Made by a program: the position numbers and the translations under genes. Positions 11,468-22,920 of a stretch of 64,000 nucleotides of DNA are shown here, one piece after another. Each line of letters opens with the position of its first letter. Position 1 is the first letter of the stretch. This stretch comes from Naegleria gruberi (taxonomy: Eukaryota): assembly GCA_000004985.1 (NCBI GenBank), contig GG738854.1; one strand, written 5' to 3'. The notes beneath the pieces are model-generated. The model was not told the origin of the DNA. It saw nothing but the letters and a program-made list of their open reading frames with translations, and made no database searches.

Positions 11468-12772
11468 ATGTCAACAAGTAATAATAGCAATTCTTCAATC
11501 TTTGTGCGTCTTTTTGAGAAATTATATAGCATGTTGACCTCTCCTTTTAGATGGATTTGGTCAAAGGTTGTTCCATCATCAAATTCTTCATCTTCGTCTT
11601 TGGGAAAAACAAGCCTTGATGATAGATATGCTGGAGTGGCTAGTCAGAATCCTGGAAAGACAGTTATTGAATATCCTACATTGCCTGTTCATGAATTACC
11701 GAAAATATATGATGAGAAGGCTGGTTCCAGTTTTGTAAAGGATTTTGATATTGAATTGGATAGCTCGGAGGAAATACTCAAGTTTTTCAATGAGTTTGGT
11801 GTGGTTGTATTTAGGAATGTATTGAATGAGGAAGAGGTTGATAGATCATTGGATGATGTTTGGAATATTTTGGAAAAAGAAGAACATATGAAACCAAACG
11901 ATCCTGAAACTTGGAAGAAGGGATCAAGAATGGGAATTGTTGGGAATGATGTTTATTGGACAAGGGTCGGAATGGAAAATAGACAGAATGAAAAGTTGGT
12001 AAAATGTTTTGAGTTGGTGTATGGAATGGATAGATCAAAGTTGTGGACTAGTTTTGATAGAATTGGTGTTTTAAAGCCAACAGTTGATGTACCAGTTCCT
12101 TACAATGATTCAAACTCGCTTCCCAAATCTAGACAATTGAGTGAAATGCCTTCAGAAACAAGTCTTGTTCAAAAGAAGGAGTTGAAAACAGAATCTCAGT
12201 GGTTGCATTGGGATTTGAATCCTTACTACTGCTTGGGTGAATATCCAGCCCAAGCTGAAGATGAAAACGATAACAAGCAAATTATTGGAAGTAATCCAGA
12301 CTATTACTTTATTGTAGAGAATAATTCAAACTATGAAGTAATTAGATTGCAAGGTATTTTAGCTATTTCTGAAACCAGAGAGCAAGATGGAGGATTTGTT
12401 TGTGTACCTGGGTTCGTTCAACATGTAAAGGAATATGCAGAAAAATTGAGGGATTACAAACCTGGGCCAAGATGTACATTCCTCTCAGTGAGAAAGGAAG
12501 ATCCACTCATCTCACAAACCCAAAAAGTTCCAGTCAGAAAGGGATCTTTAATCATTTTCAACAGCTTACTTCCTCATGCTAATTTCCCAAATTCCTCTGA
12601 TAGATTCAGAGTTTGTCAATACATTAAGATGGTGCCAAAGAAGGGAAGTGAGGAATTCCAAAGGCTTAGAGCTACTATGGTCCATGATTTAATGTCTCAA
12701 GACTTTGTACCAAATGAGATTGGTAAGGAAGTCTTTGGATTTAATCTGCTGGATAAATATAAGCAACAATAA
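11468..12772 (+). CDS. Putative phytanoyl-CoA dioxygenase (PhyH)-like 2OG-Fe(II) oxygenase family protein
   Basis: First ATG at 11468 (the track start at 11444 is TTG). An H-x-D (LHWDLN) and a distal His (LLPHANFP...R) are arranged like the PhyH jelly-roll facial triad. No introns. Assignment is by motif only. Confidence 0.4.
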   Translation: MSTSNNSNSSIFVRLFEKLYSMLTSPFRWIWSKVVPSSNSSSSSLGKTSLDDRYAGVASQNPGKTVIEYPTLPVHELPKIYDEKAGSSFVKDFDIELDSSEEILKFFNEFGVVVFRNVLNEEEVDRSLDDVWNILEKEEHMKPNDPETWKKGSRMGIVGNDVYWTRVGMENRQNEKLVKCFELVYGMDRSKLWTSFDRIGVLKPTVDVPVPYNDSNSLPKSRQLSEMPSETSLVQKKELKTESQWLHWDLNPYYCLGEYPAQAEDENDNKQIIGSNPDYYFIVENNSNYEVIRLQGILAISETREQDGGFVCVPGFVQHVKEYAEKLRDYKPGPRCTFLSVRKEDPLISQTQKVPVRKGSLIIFNSLLPHANFPNSSDRFRVCQYIKMVPKKGSEEFQRLRATMVHDLMSQDFVPNEIGKEVFGFNLLDKYKQQ

Positions 12773-12785
12773 TTTATTTCATCAT

Positions 12786-13097
12786 TCAATTCCTTTCAGA
12801 ATCAGAAGGTGCATCTATTGTTGGTTGAGTTGATGATCTGTCACTTGATTTAATGTTCAATGTTTTGTCGCTTTTTGGTTTGGATACAAGGTACGATCCA
12901 GCTCTTCCGATTAAATATTCTGTCTGTTTCAATAAAGATTGGCGAGAGAATTTCGTTTGTTGCTCTAGGCTTACTGACGGTTGTAATTCTCTTTCAGAAC
13001 CATATGAAAAATTCCTGTCATTCCTAAGTCTTTGTTTTTCACTGTTCTCTCTATTCGCAATTATTTCTTCATCCGAACAAGGTTGGCTTTTGTTCAT
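12786..13097 (-). CDS. Small hydrophilic ORF (103 aa), possibly a real small gene
   Basis: Genuine ATG at 13097. It lies between the stop of the upstream + gene (12772) and the stop of the mitochondrial carrier (13189). S/E/R/K-rich, no domain. Confidence 0.2.
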   Translation of the reverse strand: MNKSQPCSDEEIIANRENSEKQRLRNDRNFSYGSERELQPSVSLEQQTKFSRQSLLKQTEYLIGRAGSYLVSKPKSDKTLNIKSSDRSSTQPTIDAPSDSERN

Positions 13098-13188
13098 TTT
13101 TTATTATTTAAAATTACAATTTGTTCTTGTCAATCTCGAAAATATAAATTTACAAAATTTGATTTCTCTTATTGTAATTCTAATGAAT

Positions 13189-14272
13189 TTACACTGTTGT
13201 AATACCCATAAACTTTTGGAAGCCTTCATAGCACAATAATGTAATACCAAAGAGTGGTGAAATAATTAAAACTCTAGGTAAAGTTCCCTTCCAAAGTAAC
13301 TTGTTAGTATAGCAATATTTAGCAGCTTGAGCATATGTTAATCCTTCCATTCCAGTAGTACCAGAATATTGCTATTTGAAATAGTATTGAAAATTATTCG
13401 AAATGATTGAGAAAACCGTTTAAACTTACCAAACGTGTCTTAATGACATCCATAGGAGTTGCAAGAGCAGCAGCAAAGGTACCTGCAATAATTGAAGAAA
13501 GCAAAACCTTTGGCAATGGAAGATATTGTTCTTGAGTTTGAGCTCTGAAATAATTCTTAACACGAGCATATAATGAGAAGTACATCATTGAGAAAGGAAC
13601 ATCTCTTGCCAATGTAGCAAAGAGTCCCTTATACATTCCCTTAAGACCAACTCTCTTAATAAAATCAACAGTTGAGTGATCCTTTCCAGCCATTTGAGCA
13701 TTAATTTTCAATAATTCCATAGGAGTAGTTGCTACTACTTGGCACATTCCAGCACTTTAAAAGTCAATTAATTCTGATATATTATTAAATAATTACCTTG
13801 CACCACTATTCAATTCGTTCAATTTACAAAAATTCAATTTTTAAATATATTTACCTCAAAACTTCAATCCAAAGTGGCAATTGTTGAATTTGACCATTTG
13901 ATGTAGTTGTTCCAACAAATTTAGCAGTATAGAATGAACGGAAAAAGTCGTTAGCTAATTGATTATTTCGAATTTCATCTTGTCATCTTTGAACATACCT
14001 GATAATTTAATAGCTTTTTCTGGCATGATACCAACAAGATTTGGAGCTAACCCACGATAAAGTGCTCTAAATCCACCATTGCTTGGATGAATAGTTTCCT
14101 TGACAATATCAATCATGCCCTTTCCGGCAGCTCCTGATTGAATTTTAGTTTTTAATAAATCCAAAGGAAAGATTGTACAGGCAGCAATAGCACCCGATGT
14201 TGCACCAATTCCCAAATTCTTTAAAAAGATGTTGCCACTAGCACTGGTAGTTGTTGATGATGAAGATGACAT
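13189..14272 (-). CDS. Mitochondrial carrier family (SLC25) protein, 5-6 exons including a 9-nt micro-exon
   Basis: Carrier signatures PLDLLKTKIQ, PMELLKINAQ and PMDVIKTRLQ in three repeats. Exons 13955-14272 and 13394-13747 plus small exons are joined by 43-60-nt introns (GTATGT/GTAAAT/GTAATT/GTAAGT donors). The micro-exon TGGTGCAAG is at 13797-13805. TAA stop at 13189-13191. Confidence 0.8.
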
Positions 14273-14421
14273 TGTTATGAATTTTTTTGTGATTTTTAAA
14301 TTTTTGAATACAAATATACAACGGTCACATGATTTGGTGATGGGTTAAGGTGTAATTATGGAGAGAGCAATATCGCCGACACATTCTGATTGTGTATTGA
14401 GGGAGAACTTATTGAGTGTTT

Positions 14422-16855
14422 TTATAAGAGACCTAATTTAACATCACTTGAATGAACTGCCACAATTGTGAATTTTCTTTCATCACCTGCATTGTAAGTG
14501 GATGGTAGAATGTAGTAAGCAATATTGGCCTGAAGTGAAATTGTGAGAGCTGCAACTCGATTGAATCCCCAAGAATTGGTTTTTGCACATTGACATGCTG
14601 ATCTCATCTCACCCTTAAAAACATGGAACCCAACACCGGCCAGTTTTCCATCCTTTTCTTCCTGACATAATAAGATATCCACTTCACAATCCTTAGCTGC
14701 TGAAATCATGACTTTTGGATTTTTCCAAAATGTTTCCTTATTATTTGGACATCCACCTGCTGTTTCTTTTGTCCATTCACATTCTAAATACTTTCTCTTG
14801 AAAATAGAATCTGTGAGAGGAATCAAGTCGACAGTTACTGGTGGACCTGGAGGTTTTTGGATGAAGGCCTTGGTGGTAAACTTCATCTCTATACCAGTTT
14901 TGAATGTTGTTGGAATCAGGACATAATTCTTATTTGTTTCCAGATCGAATGCATCATCACTAATATTGTCCGCTCTGTTAATGAATTGAAGAGGTTTGGC
15001 TGCCTCCTTATTTTCATAAATTGGTTTTGTTGGGTTCTTGTCGTTAGCCTGTAATATGTACATTCCAGTAAACTCTGGTTGATCAGAAACTTGCTCCACT
15101 CCTACTCTGACTCGCAATTTTTTACTCTCGTTACTCTTCAAAGTCAGTAAGAATTGTGGGTTCTTTATCCACCTCCAAGAATTCATGCACCCACCAGCAG
15201 ATAAAAAGTCCCATTGACTTTCCTTAGCAACGTAATGATAATATTCCTCTTCACCAGGCAATAATTCAACATTGAATCCCTTACAGCTTGATCGAATAAA
15301 TGTTCTAATAACAAAAGATCCGACCTTATCCTTAAAGTACACTGATGGACAAATCAAATAGTTTCCAGCTGCTAATTGATTATATTTCATTGAATTTTCT
15401 CTACTATATTCAAATGTACTCTTAAACATAATACTAGCTGGTTTGACAAAGAAGCATCTATCCTTATTTTCATCAGATTTCATTACATGGAAACCGATAG
15501 GAAAGTCCTTGTCCTTAACATCTGACAAGTACTTTGATGAATGTAGTGTCAAACTTATTATTACATCTGAAGTTTCTTGAAGAGTGAAAGTGAATTGAGG
15601 TCCTCTCCTAGAAACTTTAGTATTAGCAGTGAACAATCCTTCACCATTCCAATTTCCTAACCTAGTTTGGCATTTCCATTCAACAACAGCTGGTGTATCT
15701 GGATTCACAGGGTAATTAATTAGTCTACAAACATCCAATGTAGTGAAATATTTACAAAAATCCTCAATGGTCATATGGAAAGTTCCGTCATCTGCAAAAG
15801 AAGGCTTTACAACCTCTGCAACTTTAGGAGAGTTTTTCCATTCCGCTGCATTATCAGCCCAAGCACCTTTCCATTCTCCATTGGCCCCTATTTTCATTAA
15901 GATCTAAAATAATTCAAACAACTTACAAGGATTTTTCAATCTAATTAATTTTACATCTGCAACTTCAAAACAGTCAATAACGGCATATGCATGTCCTGCC
16001 ATAAGGCCTGTACTTCCAATCCCAGTTTCTCCTGTTGTTGATGATGAACTAGCTCCAATAAGAGTAGCTTGCTGAGTTCTCTTGCTGACATAGTTCCACA
16101 CATCCAAAACAGTTTTCTTTTTCATATCCATTACTTCAGAGAAACCTCCTGTCATGTCAACAAGCGCATTTCTAGTAAATCCTCCTTCAAGACTTGCATA
16201 AGATCCCATAAATTTTGCATAGGCTTTTTCTAACAACGGAACCCAAAATTCATTTGGGTTGGTGCTTTTAGCAAATACCAAGTTCCCTTTCAGATCACAA
16301 GGTAATCTGTCATCAATTGATACATTTTTCCATTGACCATCCCTAAAGAATCTAAATGAATATTTTCCTCTTTCCTTAGTTTCTGGTTTTGAAACAATCA
16401 ACTGTTCAATTCTGTGTCTTGAATCTGCAAGAATACATAATGACCCAATAAACCAACTATTAAATTATTAAATTAGTACTTCAATAATAGGCAAAAAAGA
16501 GTACTTACCAATCACCTAGACCTCCTTGTTGTACATCAAGAACATTTACATCATCAACGAATAATTCTGGATTTACAGCACCATTCACCTGGTGAGGTCG
16601 GAGCCATTTCTTTATCCTAGCAGCACCTGGAGGTGGTTTTTGATTTGGTTTATAAACGCTTATTGTCTCAGCTGGAAATTCCAAATCCTCAAAAGGTTCT
16701 GTTGCTGTATCAATCTCTGTTTTAAATGTATCTAGTGGAGGAGCCTCGGGAATCTCATGATCTTTGGGCTATTATCATATGATAAAGTAACAATAACAAT
16801 AGAAATTATTTAATAAAAACTACTAAGCGAGTGGGCAACATACATTGAATGGCAT
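14422..16855 (-). CDS. Calpain-type cysteine protease with C2-like domain III (4 exons)
   Basis: ATG at 16855 (MPFN) and a GTATGT intron of ~75 nt. The active-site Cys lies in QGGLGDCWFIGSLCILAD, split by a 52-nt GTAAGT intron. His is in GLMAGHAYAV. The LIRLKNPWGANGEWKGAW junction is created by a 39-nt GTAAGT...AATAG intron at ~15898-15936. A ~490-aa C-terminal domain III-like region follows. Confidence 0.85.
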
Positions 16856-17041
16856 TTTTTCTTAGTAGTACCTGCTCTCTCTGAACAAAGACACAACAGT
16901 AATGTCAGTTTGAATTTTGAAAGGTAATAATGCCAGCATTGAGGCAAATTATTAATTACAGTGGTCCACTCAAGAGAGACCGTTAAATATTAACGAAATA
17001 CAAGAAAACATACAATTAGAAGGGAAAGGGATTTTAATAAT

Positions 17042-18235
17042 TTAGAGAGTAACATGAGAGAAGGCAGTTTCCAAATCTTGAATTAAATCTTCAACATCTT
17101 CAATACCACAGCTCAATCTGATCAAAGTATCATCAATACCGAGCTTTTGTCTCAATTCGAGTGGAACTGAAGCGTGAGTCATAATGGCAGGATGGTTAAC
17201 CAAACTTTCAACACCACCCAAACTTTCAGCCAATTGGAATACCTTCAAGTTTTCAAGGAATTGTCTAGCTTGAGTAATATCACCCTTAATCCAGAAAGTG
17301 ATCATACCACCGAAACCAGTCATTTGTTTCATGGCAATATCATATTGTGGGTGTTCTTCCAAACCTGGATAAGTGAGCTTGGCAACCTTTGAGTGACCTT
17401 TCAAGTATTTAGCAACAGCAATACCAGCAGCTTGATGTTGACGCATACGAACGTGCAAAGTCTTCAAACCTCTCAAAGCCAAAAAGCTGTCGAATGGTGA
17501 TGGAATAGCACCCATAGCATTTTGCAAATATTTAATCTTCTTGTAGATTTCTTCGTTGGCAGTAGCACAAACACCCATAACAACATCACTGTGACCGTTC
17601 AAATATTTAGTGACAGAGTGCATGACAATATCAGCACCATGATCTAATGGTCTTTGGAAATATGGTGACATGAAAGTGTTATCGACAATGAGAATAGCTT
17701 GTGGACAATATTCCTTTCTCCAATTATGAACTCTAGCAATATCAGTAATACGCAAAGTTGGATTAGTTGGAGTTTCCAACCAGATGAGTTTGGTCTTTTC
17801 TCTAACAGCTTGCTTGAATTCATCTTCCTTGTTCAAATCAATGAAAGAGAATTCGAGTCCAAACTTGCCAGCAACTTGTCTGAAATAACGTCCAGTACCA
17901 CCATAAACATCATCAACAGAAATAACGTGATCACCTTCACTCAACATGTGCAACAAAGTGGTAGTACATCCGAGACCTGAACCAAAAGCACAAGCATATT
18001 TGCCATTTTCCAAAGCAGCAACACAACCTTCGAAAGCATCACGAGTTGGATTGGCGGTTCTGGCATATTCATAATGACCAGGATAGTGAACACCTGGAGA
18101 AACTTGAGCAAAAGTAGAACTCAAGGAAATTGGTGTAATGACAGCACCAGAGTGTTTATCTGGTTCTTGTCCAGCATGAATAGCATCAGTTCCAAAATGA
18201 GCGAATGGGGCAATGTTAGTGATTTGTTGAGACAT
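17042..18235 (-). CDS. CYS3: Cystathionine gamma-lyase (PLP-dependent Cys/Met-metabolism family)
   Basis: Intron-less 397-aa ORF with ATG at 18235. Collinear with yeast Cys3/CTH over its whole length (AIHAG, ETPTNP, DNTF.SPY, TKY(L/I)NGHSDVV with the PLP-Lys, AESLGGVESL). Strong yeast-like codon bias suggests high expression. Confidence 0.9.
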   Translation of the reverse strand: MSQQITNIAPFAHFGTDAIHAGQEPDKHSGAVITPISLSSTFAQVSPGVHYPGHYEYARTANPTRDAFEGCVAALENGKYACAFGSGLGCTTTLLHMLSEGDHVISVDDVYGGTGRYFRQVAGKFGLEFSFIDLNKEDEFKQAVREKTKLIWLETPTNPTLRITDIARVHNWRKEYCPQAILIVDNTFMSPYFQRPLDHGADIVMHSVTKYLNGHSDVVMGVCATANEEIYKKIKYLQNAMGAIPSPFDSFLALRGLKTLHVRMRQHQAAGIAVAKYLKGHSKVAKLTYPGLEEHPQYDIAMKQMTGFGGMITFWIKGDITQARQFLENLKVFQLAESLGGVESLVNHPAIMTHASVPLELRQKLGIDDTLIRLSCGIEDVEDLIQDLETAFSHVTL

Positions 18236-18509
18236 TTTTTGTTATTGTTGTTTGTCTCCGGAATCCTTCACGAAATTTGTTGCGTTTTTCTAGCACACGC
18301 AACAACACAAGTCGTCATATTTTGCTATTTTTTTCTTGTGATGAATAAAAATTCAATGGAATATTGTTGAGAGATTGGAATTAACTTTACAAAGAAGAAT
18401 TGGTGTTGGTTGAAAAGGCGAGTCAGAAAATCGAGGAGAATCTTATTGTACGCCCTTTTAGTGAACTTATTTGGAGAAGATTTTGGATAGATGTTTTATA
18501 CAATCAATT

Positions 18510-20366
18510 TTATTGTTCGATTGGTTGATCATCTACAGTTTCTTCTTGCTGCTGATTTGGTTCCAATATTACATTGTTTTCTGAGTGGGTCAGTTCTGAT
18601 GAATTTTCATTAGCTTTCCAAAAGTTTTTGGTGTAAGCCACCTTCATCTTGAAATGCCTAGTCTTGGTGGTAAACAATGATGATCTGTCAGAGTAAATGA
18701 TATCAAGTAAACTGTATTTGATTTCCTTACTCTTTTTAGCTTCTTCTTTCCATGTGTTTTCATTCCAACCCTTTCTTAAGTTAGTATTGAATAAGTGATT
18801 GGATGGATACTTTTCACATTTTAGATAATAGTATCCAATCAGTACATCCATGGAGGCATAGTCTATTCTTTTGAGACAATGTGAAAGTGTTGGATTCAAA
18901 TCATGTGGTTGCCATTTGTACTCGTAAAATTCAAGAATTCCCTTAAATTTGTAAAACATTTTTTGATTGCTGAATGTGTGGAATGTAACCAATTTGGAGA
19001 GACCTACTGAGTAAGGATCTCCTTCAATCCATCCTTGATCATTCATATAATCAGGAGTGTTGATGAATGTTCTGTCCAAATTTTCCATGTTATGTTCAGT
19101 CAGCCAATTATTAATTCGTTTCAAATCTCCATTCAGTGCAAATCCAAGTTTGGTAAATTTAGGATTAAATAAAAAGTCCACTAAATAGTCTGCAGGTATT
19201 TCATCGAAATCTACCAATATCATGAAACAAACAAAAGAGTTTGCTACTTGTATAACTCGTACTCCTGTTTCTTGTGGATCAAAGAAATTCCACTCTGTAT
19301 CAAAAATAAAAGGGAATTTACCATCATTAAGGAATATATTCCATAATTCTGGAGACATTTCATTCATGTGTTGAATGATAACAAGTCTATTTTTCAATTC
19401 CATAAGAGGTAAATTATCAATAAGTTCACCTTCTTTCAATTCTGTTTGATTTTTCAAAAAATTATAGGCATGGATATCCCACATTGATAAATTATCAGTC
19501 TTTTCCTTCCCAATCACTGAATAGTAGAAGTGATCTCTGAAATCATTAGTCACTATTTGTTTCACTAACTCATAAAATTTAGCTCTAGGCATTCCAATAT
19601 AATTATAGTGTGCAAACATGCCAATAGAAGTGCACGGTTTGTTTTGATATAAATTTACAATTCTGATATTCTTCCTCAAAATATCAAACATATACAATTT
19701 GAAAAAGTATGGTGCATATTGAGACTTATTTGGTTCATATAACAGGGATTGTTTTTTGGTTATATATAAATTTCCAACAATAGATGCTTCACAAAGTGCA
19801 CCTATGTTTTTCTCAATAAATTTAGTATTGAATAATTCCAGAGATTTTGGCAAATGTTGTCTCAAATTACTCTTTAACAATTTAATGTCTGCGCTTTCAA
19901 ATTCCTTATTGAACTCTTTCCCATGTATTCTCATATAATTATTTAAAAATACAATTAAATTAGTTTCATGATCTTCATTGAATGAAATTAGTAAATTATC
20001 TAATCCTTTTCTCTGTTCGGGAGACAATGTTTTAATATTCTTAAAATTTTGTTCCTTTTTCTGTTTCTTTTCCGAATTAGAGAAATTATCCTTCTTTTCC
20101 TGTTTCTTGATATGTTTTGTTTTTTGTACAATTGGTGTGATTTGTATATTTTCAATAATTGTTGATTGAACCACTTCGGAAGGTGTTTCCACTTGTTGCT
20201 TTATACCTTCAATATTGTTATTCTTTCCAAGAGGTAAATTATTCACACTCGGAGTGACAAGATCACTGTTATTTGTTGTTGTATTTTCAACCTTCTTATA
20301 CCAAATTTTGGCTTGGCTTGGTTTTTTGTTTTTATGGGATTGTTTGTTAGTTTCTTGTTTCTGCAT
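18510..20366 (-). CDS. DEDDy-type 3'-5' exonuclease domain protein (RNase D/WRN-exo/Mut-7-like) with a basic N-terminal region
   Basis: ATG at 20366, single ORF. Exo motifs: I FIFDTEWNF, II LGFALNGDLKRI, III YASMDVLIGYY. The N-terminal 250 aa are K/N-rich. Confidence 0.55.
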   Translation of the reverse strand: MQKQETNKQSHKNKKPSQAKIWYKKVENTTTNNSDLVTPSVNNLPLGKNNNIEGIKQQVETPSEVVQSTIIENIQITPIVQKTKHIKKQEKKDNFSNSEKKQKKEQNFKNIKTLSPEQRKGLDNLLISFNEDHETNLIVFLNNYMRIHGKEFNKEFESADIKLLKSNLRQHLPKSLELFNTKFIEKNIGALCEASIVGNLYITKKQSLLYEPNKSQYAPYFFKLYMFDILRKNIRIVNLYQNKPCTSIGMFAHYNYIGMPRAKFYELVKQIVTNDFRDHFYYSVIGKEKTDNLSMWDIHAYNFLKNQTELKEGELIDNLPLMELKNRLVIIQHMNEMSPELWNIFLNDGKFPFIFDTEWNFFDPQETGVRVIQVANSFVCFMILVDFDEIPADYLVDFLFNPKFTKLGFALNGDLKRINNWLTEHNMENLDRTFINTPDYMNDQGWIEGDPYSVGLSKLVTFHTFSNQKMFYKFKGILEFYEYKWQPHDLNPTLSHCLKRIDYASMDVLIGYYYLKCEKYPSNHLFNTNLRKGWNENTWKEEAKKSKEIKYSLLDIIYSDRSSLFTTKTRHFKMKVAYTKNFWKANENSSELTHSENNVILEPNQQQEETVDDQPIEQ

Positions 20367-20450
20367 TTTTTTTCAAGTTGGGAATTGAACAGAATATTAT
20401 CTTTGCACAATAAGAATAGAAAGGTTGAGAATTCACAATCTAACTTTAAT

Positions 20451-21584
20451 TTATTTATTGTGTGTGGTTGGGGCTTTAACTCTGCTTCCTCTTTTAAGAA
20501 ATGGTTTCTTTGGTTTTGTGGTTTGAGAAGGAGGTTCAGAATATTCTTCAACATTAAATTTGGTTTTTTTCACAGCATTGATAGAAATTCTATCAAAATC
20601 TGACTCTGATGTTGTGGCTCCAGACCAATATTTACTGTTGGAGTGTATCACTTTGACAAGTTCATTGTCACTGTTAAAAGATTGAGCCCCTAATATCTTT
20701 GTCTCATAACATCTCAATTGATCTCTGAAACCATTATTGGGGCAAACAAATGGTCTCTGACTAACTGTCCAAATCAAGGCCTCCTTCAATGAAGCAGAAA
20801 ATCTTGAGGAGATCAAGTAGGCCAACACTATGGATGGGCTTCTTGACCAACCAGCTCTGCAGTGGCATAATAGTTTACCGTTTTGGTCCTTTGCCGATTG
20901 AATGAATTCATTAGTAGACTCAAAGTACTGGGATATATCTGCCTTTTCAATATCCCAAATATCTATTGGTAAGTAATTAATGGAAAGTTCCTTTGCTGTT
21001 TCTTCTGAATAATGCTCATTTGTAGCATCAATTATGTGGGTAATACCTAGAGCTTGAAGTTGGGACATTTCAGAACCATTCTGAAAGTCTCCCAAGTAGA
21101 GAAAGTTTGGAATTATTTCTGAGGCATAGTATTGGGTTCTGAATCTCAATCTCTTGTTTGTTTCCTCAGAAAATAAAGCTGAATTGATGAGGTATTCACA
21201 ACCATTATATTGTGACCAAAACTTTGCAGAATCAACATAACTTAATTGAAGAGGCTCTTCTCTTGGGAGTATAATATTCAGACATTCTTCAATTTCATTC
21301 ATGATACCAAGATCTTCACAAGTAGATATAAGTACAACAGCTTTGATATTCTTTACGAATGGTTGACTGAGTCTTCCATTAAGAATACTCTGCAAACCTT
21401 CCATTACACATCCTTTTACAATATGGGATGATTTTTTCAAGTGAATCTCTTCAAATTTTGTATTTTCTCTCGAATCCAATATCAAGATTGGTTCCATGTT
21501 ATTCAACTTGTTGAACAAAATGTGAGGTTCAATTTCTCGCCATACAATGTGCGCCATTTTTTTACAGTTTTTAAAAAATTGCAT
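20451..21584 (-). CDS. Dual-specificity (MAP-kinase-type) phosphatase with an N-terminal rhodanese/CH2 domain
   Basis: ATG at 21584. The catalytic loop HCRAGWSRSPS matches HCxxGxxRS. A rhodanese-like N-domain precedes it. No introns. Confidence 0.75.
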   Translation of the reverse strand: MQFFKNCKKMAHIVWREIEPHILFNKLNNMEPILILDSRENTKFEEIHLKKSSHIVKGCVMEGLQSILNGRLSQPFVKNIKAVVLISTCEDLGIMNEIEECLNIILPREEPLQLSYVDSAKFWSQYNGCEYLINSALFSEETNKRLRFRTQYYASEIIPNFLYLGDFQNGSEMSQLQALGITHIIDATNEHYSEETAKELSINYLPIDIWDIEKADISQYFESTNEFIQSAKDQNGKLLCHCRAGWSRSPSIVLAYLISSRFSASLKEALIWTVSQRPFVCPNNGFRDQLRCYETKILGAQSFNSDNELVKVIHSNSKYWSGATTSESDFDRISINAVKKTKFNVEEYSEPPSQTTKPKKPFLKRGSRVKAPTTHNK

Positions 21585-22920
21585 TTGAAACGTGTTTTCT
21601 TTGTTGTGGGATTGTAATAAGGTTCCAATTCAACCACTAAATCAAAAAGGTGTATTAAAACTGATAATTATCTCAAGTTTAAGTGTTGTGATGAATATTC
21701 CTTAGGAGATTCAACAAAAACAGAATTTAAATGATTCTACTCATTGTCAATGAGCAAGAAGGAATGTCTCAATCAAATCAACAAGACAATTATGCTAAAA
21801 TGAAAGTGTGCTACTAAAAGATATGGAAAAAAGGTTTGCTATCGCAGTACACAAGGTCAATATTTCGATTGGAAAACTCTTAAGAAAACAACTTGAAACA
21901 TAAGAATTACTTTCATTGTAATAATATCCATCCACTACAGTAACTACAGCAACAATCAAATTAATTCTTCAACTTGGAAGCTGATTCGGCAATTCGGTTT
22001 TTCCAAACAATTTTCGAATTGATTACAATAAAAATTCAATAATCCCAAAAATAAGTTGTCCTACCCTTGCAGGTAATTTGTTTGGCCGTATCAGCAGCTT
22101 AATTTTCAATCTCAATTAAAGACAATATTTACCTCAAGAGTGTTAATGTTACTTTGTAAAATAGTTAATGTAATTGTAATATAATACAAGCATTATACAT
22201 TAAAATTCAATCAAAATATACAACAATAACTCTAATTTAGTTTTATGCGCGCACTTTCAATAGTTGTCCCATTATCCCGGCTTGGTAATTGAGTAATTAG
22301 ATGCAAATCTGTCAACATTTGTTCTTTTGGTACAAATAGCAAGTTATCTAGATCCTCATAGAATCTATCTTAACTCATTGTATATTTCATGATTGATCAA
22401 TATTGTGATTTGTAGAACTCAATGTTGTAAATATTATTACAATACTCTGAGTTTGTCAATTAATACAACCAACATCAAATGGACAAACCAAAAACATTGA
22501 TATTGTAACCAGCAATTCATATCATTACCCTAGTGACATCCAAATTTTCCAAAAAGTCACCGAGACTTCAACATGAAAACGTTCTTTGTTTCACAAATGA
22601 AGATATTCCGAAGGTAAACCTAGATTAAGAATGAAGAATAGCCATCCCATATCTGTAGGTTGGCTCAACAGCAACATTCTCTCGAATTTTTCATATTCTT
22701 CATTCTTGTTGTATATTTAATGAATTCAAGGCATACATTGATAAACAACAGACAGTGTGTATGTTAATGAACCCACCACCATAAAAAAAGCTACTATCTC
22801 TTTTAAAGTTGTGTGTGTTTTTTTGGTTTTTTTCTTTGAGGGTACGGAGCCCTTTCTTGTTATTAATAAAATCAAGTCAAAAAAAACAACACATCCTGCT
22901 AGCCCGCTTTCGTTTTCAGC

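Noticed and set aside
15898-15936. An apparent 23-nt intron (GTAAGTTGTTTGAATTATTTTAG) in the calpain gene, which would have suggested ciliate or nucleomorph-like tiny introns
   Set aside because: Using the downstream acceptor AAAATAG| gives a 39-nt intron and restores the conserved LIRLKNPWGANGEW calpain motif in frame. The 23-nt version breaks the frame.
18510-20366. Possible mobile-element ORF (large lone ORF with basic N-terminus next to a gap)
   Set aside because: The protein carries DEDDy 3'-5' exonuclease motifs, not transposase/RT/integrase motifs. There are no terminal inverted or direct repeats flanking it.
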